From the NCBI GenBank assembly GCA_014730275.1, contig WJIL01000068.1, positions 19,324 to 83,323 of the forward strand: 64,000 nucleotides of DNA, read 5' to 3'. This document shows positions 26,605 to 34,694 of the stretch, in pieces. Both the position numbers and the translations under genes were made by a program. The stretch's first letter is position 1; every line of letters starts with the position of its first letter. Below the pieces are notes generated by a model. It searched no databases. It saw only the letters and a list, made by a program, of their open reading frames with translations, and was not told the DNA's origin. Origin of the DNA: Promethearchaeota archaeon. GTDB lineage: Archaea > Asgardarchaeota > Thorarchaeia > Thorarchaeales > Thorarchaeaceae.

Positions 26605-28281
26605 TCAAGAAGCCCTTGTTGATAGTGAATTTACCAGCCACTCTGGTAGTTCAATGCCCACGGAATCGTACAGGTCTTCTTCTGTCTTTGAACCGGAGGC
26701 TATTTTGAGACGGGCTGCTCGCTTAGAACCAATCCCAGGAATAGCGCGCCACTGCCTCAGACTTAATTCTTCAGGATTGATAGGATATGGAAGGACTGTA
26801 AGGCTTCTGGGGCCATGATCTACCACTAAGAGGTCCATTTGGCGCGCATGGTGGCTTCCATTTGGCATATGGCATAGGAGCGGATACGTCCCGAGAGGGC
26901 GCAAAAGTAGGTTCTTCCCTCGTTGGGCCTCAACAAAAGCTGAACGGATGACTGTGCCCTGTGGTGCAATACGCTGAATCATGGGAAGATCGATTCGTTC
27001 GCGAACCTCTGCCTTATGGCGGTAAAATTCGTGATGTTCTAAGCTAGTTTCTCCCATATCATATGCTCGGGTGCCGGGGACGTGAATCACTTGGCGGATA
27101 TTGATTCTTCGAAGCATCAGGCCTTCCTGTAGTATCCTATCGAGATAATCCATATTGTGCTTGATAGTTTGACTGGTCTCTCCCGGTAGACCATATAACA
27201 AATTGATTCCAGGTAGCAAATGTGGCAAACCACGAGCTACGCGTTTGGCACCAACTTCATTCAGTATCCGGATAGCCTGAATGATTTCTTCACCTGAAGC
27301 TTTGAGATTGTTTTCTTTGGCAACTTTTGGATCAAAAGATTCGACACCAAACGCAGCCACATCTCCCGGGGTATGGTATTTCACGAGGATTTCAGCAACT
27401 TCTGTGCTTTCTTCAGGATGATGTGCTATTGTTCCCGGGTTCACATTGTCAATATGAAGTACGTCTAAATCCGGGGCAATCGAACGGATTCCAGAAAAAA
27501 GGCGCTCAATCGTATGTGGACACGGAGTTGGGAATTCTTCTATGCCCATCTCCTTGGAACCATATGTGAAAAGATCTGGTTGGTTTCCTATACGAAAAGC
27601 ACGAACACCTTGCTGATATAAGGATTCAACTTCTCGTAGTACTGCATCCACTGATCGCTGTCGAGGTGGTCCTTGGAGGGGCTCAATGCAGAATGAGCAA
27701 CCCCCAGTCAGGTATCTGGGGCAGCCTGAATATGTTTCAATTTCACAAATTAGATGATTATTCGAATGGTCTGGATGCTGGCTTACGATGTGTGTTCCCT
27801 TGATTACGGAGTCCTCAAATTTCTTGTAGTTGTCTCGCTCCAATGAGCAGTCCAAGTCCTTTGGATGCTTGTTTCCTGTTATATATTCATCCAAGACTGC
27901 CTGCACATCGCCATCCACAATACAATCAAAGGGGGGAGAAAGAGCATCAGGGCTTAGTGCACGTTTTCCCCCCTCAAAGCCGCAACCGAATCGTGCCCAA
28001 GGACCAACCAGCATTTTCGGTACCGTTGCCACTAAAGGTGAAGAGAAAACATCCTTTGCTTCTTGAATTGATATCGGATTTCCACCGAGATACTTTCCAG
28101 GAACAATCATGCCAGCAATGAGAACAAGCAAATCAGCTGATGTCCAATTCCTAATGGAATCTCTCTGATTGTTTCGCACATCATCGATGGTTTGATAGAT
28201 AATATCAATATCAGGAGAGTGAGCCCAAATGGCACCTGCTACATATCGGGGATAGGTTGCTAGGTAAGGCGGAACACCCAA
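26605..28281 (-). CDS. radical SAM-type protein with B12-binding-like N-domain and C-terminal helix-hairpin-helix
   Basis: 558 aa. Cys motif GCPRYLTGGCSFCIEP. C-terminal IPGIGSKRAARL (HhH). The real N-terminus may lie upstream of the first canonical start (see findings). Confidence 0.8.
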   Translation of the reverse strand: MGVPPYLATYPRYVAGAIWAHSPDIDIIYQTIDDVRNNQRDSIRNWTSADLLVLIAGMIVPGKYLGGNPISIQEAKDVFSSPLVATVPKMLVGPWARFGCGFEGGKRALSPDALSPPFDCIVDGDVQAVLDEYITGNKHPKDLDCSLERDNYKKFEDSVIKGTHIVSQHPDHSNNHLICEIETYSGCPRYLTGGCSFCIEPLQGPPRQRSVDAVLREVESLYQQGVRAFRIGNQPDLFTYGSKEMGIEEFPTPCPHTIERLFSGIRSIAPDLDVLHIDNVNPGTIAHHPEESTEVAEILVKYHTPGDVAAFGVESFDPKVAKENNLKASGEEIIQAIRILNEVGAKRVARGLPHLLPGINLLYGLPGETSQTIKHNMDYLDRILQEGLMLRRINIRQVIHVPGTRAYDMGETSLEHHEFYRHKAEVRERIDLPMIQRIAPQGTVIRSAFVEAQRGKNLLLRPLGTYPLLCHMPNGSHHARQMDLLVVDHGPRSLTVLPYPINPEELSLRQWRAIPGIGSKRAARLKIASGSKTEEDLYDSVGIELPEWLVNSLSTRAS

Positions 28282-28334
28282 GCATGTCGGTTCGTCAACA
28301 TACCCATCAATAATGAAAACCCGTTCCAGTCAGT

Positions 28335-29339
28335 TCACCCCTTTTTCAAAACATCATAGCCTTTTGTGGGAATCATTCTTTCATGAGAGTCCCCCATATA
28401 TCTAACTCCAGAACCTTCTTCGACGTGACCAATGGGCATCAGTTTTGCATGTTCACGTTTTGCAATTTCAACAGCCTTGTCCCACCCCTCTGTTGAGATT
28501 GTAAGCACAAGACTGAATTCCTCACCACCCTGCATAATGACTTCGACGAGATCGAGATTGTGTTTCTTCGTAAATTCCTCCACACCAGCTGCAACAGGCA
28601 ATTCATCGATCAAAAAGAGGTGTCCACTTCGTTCTGCGAGGGTATTCAAGGTGATACCAAGACCATCGCTGCTGTCCATAGAAGAGTGTACAACGGAAGC
28701 TTTCGAAAGCTCTGAAACTATGGAAAGATGGATATCAGGTTTGTATGCAGCCTTGATGGCCCGATTCCGCAGTTTCTTTTCGGCAGAGTAGCCCTCGAGT
28801 AATATATTGAAGGCAACAGAACTAAGGCCAAATGTATCAGTAACCGCTATAATATCACCAGGTTGCGCGCCAGTTCTCGTTACGATTCGTGGCGGCGAGG
28901 CAGTCCCAATGCCAACCCCTGTTAGAACAATCTCCTTTGAATATCCCAAATCGCCGCCAAGGAATGGTACATCAGACTTGAGACAATACTGTGAGAATCC
29001 ACGGATACATTCATGCATGGATTCGGTTTGGGAATCATCACCAACACATGCTGACAAAAGCATTCCTCGTGGAGAAGCACCTTTTGCAGCCAAATCACTG
29101 AGTGTCATCACTGCCGTTTTTCTTCCGGATTGAGCGTAACTCATCCCTGGAAGCTTGTCAGTACTTGTTACGAAGGTGTCTACATTGATGACTATGCTTT
29201 CGTTTTCATGCAGGGGAATATCCGATGCGTCATCGTCGAAATCAAGTCGTGATCCCGGGATTTTTCGTACGAGATATTTGATTTGTGATAGGAATTCCCG
29301 TTCACCTATATCGTTATTTTCCATTGTTGGGCTCCACAA
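28335..29339 (-). CDS. thiL: thiamine-monophosphate kinase ThiL-like (PurM/AIR synthase superfamily)
   Basis: DDASDI, VINVDTFV and AVMTLSDLAAKGASP motifs. 334 aa. Confidence 0.75.
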   Translation of the reverse strand: MWSPTMENNDIGEREFLSQIKYLVRKIPGSRLDFDDDASDIPLHENESIVINVDTFVTSTDKLPGMSYAQSGRKTAVMTLSDLAAKGASPRGMLLSACVGDDSQTESMHECIRGFSQYCLKSDVPFLGGDLGYSKEIVLTGVGIGTASPPRIVTRTGAQPGDIIAVTDTFGLSSVAFNILLEGYSAEKKLRNRAIKAAYKPDIHLSIVSELSKASVVHSSMDSSDGLGITLNTLAERSGHLFLIDELPVAAGVEEFTKKHNLDLVEVIMQGGEEFSLVLTISTEGWDKAVEIAKREHAKLMPIGHVEEGSGVRYMGDSHERMIPTKGYDVLKKG

Positions 29340-29367
29340 CTGGCTCCATGAAGTCTAATGATAAATG

Positions 29368-29374
29368 TTTATAA
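29368..29374 (+). promoter_or_regulatory. TATA-box candidate for tRNA-Thr
   Basis: TTTATAA lies 30-36 nt upstream of the tRNA 5' end (29404). Confidence 0.4.
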
Positions 29375-29403
29375 CCACACTATCGGCACACGGCATCAGA
29401 CGG

Positions 29404-29509
29404 GCCTCGGTGGCCAAGTGGTTGAAGGCGTCTGCTTCGTAAGCAGAAAACCGCGGGTTCGAAGTCCATTGCAATTTCTGTGTGGACGAAATTCCCGCCC
29501 GGGGCTCCA
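29404..29509 (+). tRNA. tRNA-Thr(CGU) with a predicted ~29-nt T-loop intron (about 29464-29492). CCA encoded.
   Basis: Hand fold:
- Acceptor GCCTCGG/CCGGGGC (one U-G).
- Anticodon stem TCTGC/GCAGA, loop TTCGTAA.
- T-stem GCGGG/CCCGC, loop TTCGAA^T.
- The insert has a GTCCA/TGGAC hairpin. Confidence 0.7.
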
Positions 29510-29864
29510 TCCTTTTCTGCTTTGGACCTAGAGAACGATGTACATTTCATAGATATTATCAGTGCAAATTCCCTAGTATACAGAAATAGGAGGTGAATAG
29601 TTTGAAAGATACTAAATGTAAGAAAGAGAAGAAAGAAGAAGAACACCAACTTCCACCATTAGAGTGGTTTGCGGCTATCACGAGATAGACAACAGTGTTC
29701 CTAGTTTACCCAGATTAGTGTCTGTTGGCGAAGCGTTGCTTCGCTTCTCTCGGGGTTTTTCCCCGTCTCATATCGTTTCTGTTTCTTCAGTCCATTGCCA
29801 TCCCGAAAAGGTAAAAAGTATCACTTGCCCCGCTAGGTCTGCGAACCCACTACTACTCTCATAT

Positions 29865-29987
29865 GCGGAGGTTACCAAGCCTGGCCAAAGGTGCTAGGTT
29901 GAGGGCCTAGAGCGTGTCGGAAGCCATTTTCGATTGCGTGGGCACTCTCGTAGGAGTCCGCGAGTTCAAATCTCGCCCTCCGCACCA
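29865..29987 (+). tRNA. tRNA-Leu(GAG) with a ~33-nt insertion at the start of the variable arm (about 29912-29944). CCA encoded.
   Basis: Hand fold:
- Acceptor GCGGAGG/CCTCCGC.
- Anticodon stem CTAGG/CCTAG, loop TTGAGGG.
- T-arm GCGAG-TTCAAAT-CTCGC.
- 49 nt lie between the anticodon and T stems, against ~15 expected for a Leu variable arm (CTCT-CGTA-GGAG). Confidence 0.65.
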
Positions 29988-30085
29988 TTTTTCATTCTAT
30001 TGATATTGGTGAAGAGGGCTTTACAATGATGAAAAGCTATAAAGGCAGTTTTCATGGCTCTCCACCGTAAGCGGAGTAAGGAAGA

Positions 30086-31084
30086 ATGAAGGCTCCACAG
30101 ATTGGAATCATCGGCGCTGGCAACATGGGAAAGATCCACGCCAGAGTGCTACACAATGTACGCGCGCTTTCCGGGGTTGCTGATATCGACAAGGAGAAGG
30201 CGGCCCAGATAGCCAGTAAATACGGTGTCGACGCCTTCGAAAGTTATGAAGCAATGATAGAAAGCAAAGGAATTGATGGAGTGATAATCTCAACTCCAAC
30301 GTCTACTCATGCTGAGATAGCACAATCTATTGCCGAGAAATTTGATAGTGTCAGGGGCATCCTGATTGAAAAACCGCTTGCCAGCACCCTTGCGGACGCA
30401 AATAGAGTGGCAAAGGTTCTGAAAGAAAAGGGGATAGGAGTTGTCGTCTCACACTCCGAAATATACAATCCTGTGGTCGATAGAGCACTAGATTTGATTA
30501 ACAATGGTACTATTGGAGATCCCAGGACAATCATACATGATCGGAGGGGGCATGTCCAACCAAGTAGAATTCCATCACTTGGCGATGTGTTTCAAGACAT
30601 CGGGGTACATGATTTTGATATAATGGCCCGGATTAGCCATGGAGAGGGAACCCTGTATGCGCAAGGGCACAAGAAGGAGGGTGTGTTCAATTCTGCAACA
30701 GTTATGGTTGAATTCGAAAACGGTACAGAGCATGTATTCCATCTTTCACGCCAGTATGCAGGCAGAAGGCGAAGCATGGACGTTTCCGGCGAGAAAGGAA
30801 ATCTTATTCTCGATCTGTTTGGTCAGATAATCAAATTGCAGGATCTGGATGAAGAGCCCTCAGCTGATAGCCAGATGATTCATTTACCAGAAAGGGGTGC
30901 CACAATCAAAGTCTACGGTGAACCAGTACAAGAGGTCATAAACGATTTTCTCAGCAGCATAGAAACCGGAAAAGCGCCACGAGTCGGCCTTGATGATGGT
31001 GTTGCAGCCCTGAAGATTGTAGAAGCTGCAAGAGAAAGTGCAAACACAGGCAAGATAGTGGATGTCAATATTGAGCCGAGGTAA
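30086..31084 (+). CDS. Gfo/Idh/MocA-family NAD(P)-dependent oxidoreductase
   Basis: N-terminal Rossmann IGIIGAGNMGKIHARVL. EKPLA motif. 332 aa. Confidence 0.8.
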   Translation: MKAPQIGIIGAGNMGKIHARVLHNVRALSGVADIDKEKAAQIASKYGVDAFESYEAMIESKGIDGVIISTPTSTHAEIAQSIAEKFDSVRGILIEKPLASTLADANRVAKVLKEKGIGVVVSHSEIYNPVVDRALDLINNGTIGDPRTIIHDRRGHVQPSRIPSLGDVFQDIGVHDFDIMARISHGEGTLYAQGHKKEGVFNSATVMVEFENGTEHVFHLSRQYAGRRRSMDVSGEKGNLILDLFGQIIKLQDLDEEPSADSQMIHLPERGATIKVYGEPVQEVINDFLSSIETGKAPRVGLDDGVAALKIVEAARESANTGKIVDVNIEPR

Positions 31085-32366
31085 TAACTTCTCCTGATAG
31101 ATATGTCCTATGAGCCTTGGTAATTTTCGCGGTCACAGTCTCACCTATAGCAATATCCTCATCATGTAGAATGACGGGTACATAAGAAGGGTTGCGACCC
31201 ATAAGTCCACTTTTTGAGCCATATCGAGTTACAACAACAGGACCAATCCAATCAACCCATGCTCTATGATTGGCGAGGTTCAGTTTGGTTACTAGATTCG
31301 TTAGCTTCCTGCTTCTCTGCTTTTTTACCCGAGTGTCAACTTTCTGACTAGACTTGGATGCCTCTGTATCAGGCCGATCGCCATATTTTGATATGTTGAC
31401 CAAAGCGGGTCTGTATTGTTTGAGTGCCGTCACGGTCTCATGAAAATCATTCTCTGTTTCACCGGGAAAACCAGCTATTACATCTGTAGCGATAGTTGCG
31501 CGTGGAATTTCTTCGCGGATACGCTCTACTGCATTACCCCACTCTTCAACAGTGTATCGACGATTCATTCTGGCCAGAATCTCATTACTTCCTGACTGAA
31601 GAGGCATGTGGAAGAAGTTGAAATAATGCTCAGAAGACATAACGTGCACCATATCATCCAAGAACGGCGAGACGAGATTCGGATTGAACATGCCCAGTCT
31701 GAAGCGATGATTTCCAGCGAGTGTGTCAAGTTTCTGTAACAGCTGAAGAAGGTTCGTGCCCCTGTCATGACCATATACACCCGAATCCTGTGAGGTAAGC
31801 CGAATCTCGCGATAGCCGCTCTTGATACACTCTAGTACGAGTTTGATGATTCTGTCAATGCTATAGCTTCTTACATTTCCTCTGGCAAACTTCACAGCAC
31901 AATATGCACAAGAACCAAGACAACCTTCACAAATCGGAATTGTGCAAATGACCGAATCAGGAGGAAGACGTAGGGAATCAATCTTGGGGGCGTCCTCGAA
32001 GGAGTCGAGTTTCACGATGCCTCTTTCATCATTCATGATAGCCCGCAGGGAAGAAGGAAGAGAATGGATTGATTGAGGAGTGTGTATTGCTGCGAAATTG
32101 GGAATAGCTCGTTTGATTCTCTTCAAGGAGATTCTGGGAAGGCAACCGGCTACAATAACAGGTTTGTTGATCTGAGAGAGTTCTTTCAGCCGATGAATGA
32201 CCCGATCCTCAGTTGGTTCCTTGACACCACAAGTGTTGACCACTATCACTTCGGCATCTTCTTGATTGAAGACTTGTTGTGCCCCCACGCTGTTAAGCAC
32301 ACCCGCTATGATATCGGAATCAGCATCATTAAGAGAACAACCGTAAGTTTCAATGTAGTATTTCAT
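31065..32366 (-). CDS. archaeal/eukaryotic-type tRNA methylthiotransferase (e-MtaB / CDKAL1-like, MiaB family)
   Basis: YIETYGCSLNDADS (UPF0004 domain). Radical-SAM CLGSCAYCAV. C-terminal TRAM-like domain. ATG at 32366 is preferred because it forms an ATGA overlap with the upstream gene's stop. The ORF-track TTG start is 32378. Confidence 0.85.
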   Translation of the reverse strand: MKYYIETYGCSLNDADSDIIAGVLNSVGAQQVFNQEDAEVIVVNTCGVKEPTEDRVIHRLKELSQINKPVIVAGCLPRISLKRIKRAIPNFAAIHTPQSIHSLPSSLRAIMNDERGIVKLDSFEDAPKIDSLRLPPDSVICTIPICEGCLGSCAYCAVKFARGNVRSYSIDRIIKLVLECIKSGYREIRLTSQDSGVYGHDRGTNLLQLLQKLDTLAGNHRFRLGMFNPNLVSPFLDDMVHVMSSEHYFNFFHMPLQSGSNEILARMNRRYTVEEWGNAVERIREEIPRATIATDVIAGFPGETENDFHETVTALKQYRPALVNISKYGDRPDTEASKSSQKVDTRVKKQRSRKLTNLVTKLNLANHRAWVDWIGPVVVTRYGSKSGLMGRNPSYVPVILHDEDIAIGETVTAKITKAHRTYLSGEVITSAQY

Positions 32367-32665
32367 GTCCAGTTGCAATCACCTTCACCCCCTTGGATAT
32401 GAGGGAGCAATACGATTTCGTCTCCATCATGAAGCTTTGTATCCTCGCCCTCAAGATTTTCTACACTTGTCTTGTTGAGCATCAAAATGAGGTTGCCACT
32501 GAGTTCCCCCTCGGTCATGACAATATGGCGTACCTCCTCCTCACTGTTCTCCAGAACTGCATCCAAGGCATCCCCAACAGTTGCTCCTTCATTCAAGTCT
32601 AGAACCATTTCGTTTTTCCCTATTTTTCTTCTGAGGGTGCCAAGGGGTTTGAAACGGACTTGCAT
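32363..32665 (-). CDS. MoaD/ThiS-family ubiquitin-like beta-grasp protein with a 7-residue extension after the GG motif
   Basis: 100 aa. ...LHDGDEIVLLPHIQGG-EGDCNWT. Length and the DGDE-x-PxxxGG pattern are typical of MoaD/SAMP proteins. Confidence 0.7.
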   Translation of the reverse strand: MQVRFKPLGTLRRKIGKNEMVLDLNEGATVGDALDAVLENSEEEVRHIVMTEGELSGNLILMLNKTSVENLEGEDTKLHDGDEIVLLPHIQGGEGDCNWT

Positions 32666-32696
32666 ACGCCTATCAGACAGAGCTTGAAACGGTAGG

Positions 32697-33077
32697 CTAT
32701 TCAGCCTTTTGATAGTGCCGAATCATATCTTCAACGAGATGATCAGCCACATCAACAATCTGAGTAATCTCAGCCTTTGTCACATCATCATAATGGATAC
32801 CAGCTGTTACAACCGCTGAGGTGTGCAATGCTTCGCATATCTTCTCAGCTGCAGAGTTTGCAATGAGATAGTCTTTGTGTCCAGGAAGAGCCATAGTATT
32901 CACACTCGTAGTTGAAGCATCACGGTAGTGACTACGCGTTTGATATGCAGTGGCTACTCCCCCAATGTGGTGTTCATCTCCACCATATATGCACACGAGG
33001 TAATCATTCCCGATTCTCTTAGCATCGAGAAAGATCATATGGCGTCCGGCCTCTTTTCTCAGGGTTAGTTGGGCCAT
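32697..33077 (-). CDS. LpdD-like protein (prenylated-flavin chaperone family), tentative
   Basis: 126 aa. YGGDEHHIGGVA, LPGHKD and VVTAGIHYDDVTKAEI resemble LpdD motifs as I recall them. Not verified. Confidence 0.4.
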   Translation of the reverse strand: MAQLTLRKEAGRHMIFLDAKRIGNDYLVCIYGGDEHHIGGVATAYQTRSHYRDASTTSVNTMALPGHKDYLIANSAAEKICEALHTSAVVTAGIHYDDVTKAEITQIVDVADHLVEDMIRHYQKAE

Positions 33078-33129
33078 CTTACCGTCATCTCTAGCAAGTA
33101 CGATATAAACAGAAGACTAGATAAATTAT

Positions 33130-34692
33130 TCAGTCTTCATCGTTGTCTTTGGAGAGCCGTTCCTGAAACATCCTCCAGGAGAGTGTGAGGGTCCTTGGAT
33201 GAGCGGCACGATACTCGTCTAGCTTTCTAAATGCAGTCGAGTGTGGTGCGTTCTTAACTTTCTCAGGCGTTTCATAGGCTTCTTCCGAAATGGTTTCCAG
33301 AGCAGAGATGAAGGTATCAAGCTCTTCTTTGGATTCAGTTTCGGTTGGCTCAATCATAAGAGCCTCATCAACAATCTGAGGGAAATATACGGTAGGCGCA
33401 TGCACGCCAAAGTCAAGAAGTCGCTTCGCGATGTGCATAGCTGTGACGCCGGTATCTTCCTTCATTTGTTGTGCGGAAATCACGCACTCGTGTTTTCGAG
33501 GCGCATCTTGAGAATACGGCAGTTTGAAACCTTGGATTTCCTCAATGTGTCTCGCACAGTAGTTAGCATTGAGAACAGCAAGTTTCGATGCTTCTTTCAG
33601 TCCATCAGCACCAAGTGCATAGATATACGAATAGGCTCGTACAAGAACACCGAAATTTCCGAAGAAACCATGAACTTTCCCAATCGAGTTAGGATAATTA
33701 TATTTCAAATCAAAGCTTTCGTCCGCTTTCCTCACGATACGCGGAATGGGTAAGAATTCAGCTAGTTTGTCCTTCACACCAACTGGCCCCGCACCCGGCC
33801 CGCCACCTCCATGAGGTGTAGACATCGTCTTGTGGAGGTTCATATGAACAATGTCAAATCCCATATCGCCAGGTCTTGTCATCCCCATGATTGCATTCAG
33901 GTTAGCACCATCATAGTACAATAACCCACCTTCATCATGAACTGTAGCTGCTATTTCTTCGATATCTTTCTCAAACACGCCGATAGTATTGGGATTCGTT
34001 AGCATCAAGCCTGCGGTCTTGGGGCCCACAGCATCTTTCACTGCTTCCGTATCAACCAACCCTTCATCACTCGAAGGCAGTACAACTACATCAAATCCAG
34101 CCATAGCAGCTGAAGCTGGGTTTGTTCCATGAGCAGAATCGGGTATGAGCATTTCTGACCGTTGCTCACATTCCTTTGTTATACAACGGTGATATTCCCT
34201 GATAAGCAGCACACCCGTTAGTTCGCCTTGAGCTCCTGCCGCTGGTTGTAGTGTAACAGCATCCATGCCAGAAAGCTCACCCAACCACTTCTCAAGCTCC
34301 CACATCAGTTCCAAGGCACCCTGGATAGTTGATGTATCCTGGAATGGATGGATATTGGTGAATCCATTTAGCGAAGCGCAACGATTGTTGACAACAGGAT
34401 TGTATTTCATAGTACAGCTGCCCAGTGGATAGGTGCCCTGAGTTACCGAGTAGTTCATCTGTGAGAGACGAATGAAATGCCTAACTATCTGAGGCTCCGA
34501 GATTTCGGGAAGGTCGGGATGCTTTTTCCGTTGCATGTTCTCAGGAACCAGTTCATCAACGGATCCTACTTCTTGAACAATCGCATCTTCTGGGACGGGA
34601 AACCAGTGACCTATTTGACCGGGTGTGGACTTCTCAAAAAGAAGAGGAACGTCCCATTTTGCTTGTTTGTAACGTTGTTCATCTTTCGTCAA
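33130..34692 (-). CDS. gcvPB: glycine dehydrogenase (decarboxylating) subunit 2
   Basis: 520 aa. NLHKTMSTPHGGGGPGAGP is the PLP-lysine region. Confidence 0.95.
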   Translation of the reverse strand: MTKDEQRYKQAKWDVPLLFEKSTPGQIGHWFPVPEDAIVQEVGSVDELVPENMQRKKHPDLPEISEPQIVRHFIRLSQMNYSVTQGTYPLGSCTMKYNPVVNNRCASLNGFTNIHPFQDTSTIQGALELMWELEKWLGELSGMDAVTLQPAAGAQGELTGVLLIREYHRCITKECEQRSEMLIPDSAHGTNPASAAMAGFDVVVLPSSDEGLVDTEAVKDAVGPKTAGLMLTNPNTIGVFEKDIEEIAATVHDEGGLLYYDGANLNAIMGMTRPGDMGFDIVHMNLHKTMSTPHGGGGPGAGPVGVKDKLAEFLPIPRIVRKADESFDLKYNYPNSIGKVHGFFGNFGVLVRAYSYIYALGADGLKEASKLAVLNANYCARHIEEIQGFKLPYSQDAPRKHECVISAQQMKEDTGVTAMHIAKRLLDFGVHAPTVYFPQIVDEALMIEPTETESKEELDTFISALETISEEAYETPEKVKNAPHSTAFRKLDEYRAAHPRTLTLSWRMFQERLSKDNDED

Positions 34693-34694
34693 TA

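Noticed and set aside
26490-26708. ORFs overlapping tRNA genes (26490-26708 +, 29380-29649 -, 29664-29897 +)
   Set aside because: They overlap hand-folded tRNA-Arg, tRNA-Thr and tRNA-Leu genes and have no protein-like features.
26300-30000. tRNA cluster region examined as a possible integration hotspot or mobile-element boundary
   Set aside because: No integrase, transposase, direct repeats duplicating tRNA 3' ends, or foreign-looking genes were seen. The flanking genes are housekeeping (radical SAM, thiL, oxidoreductase).
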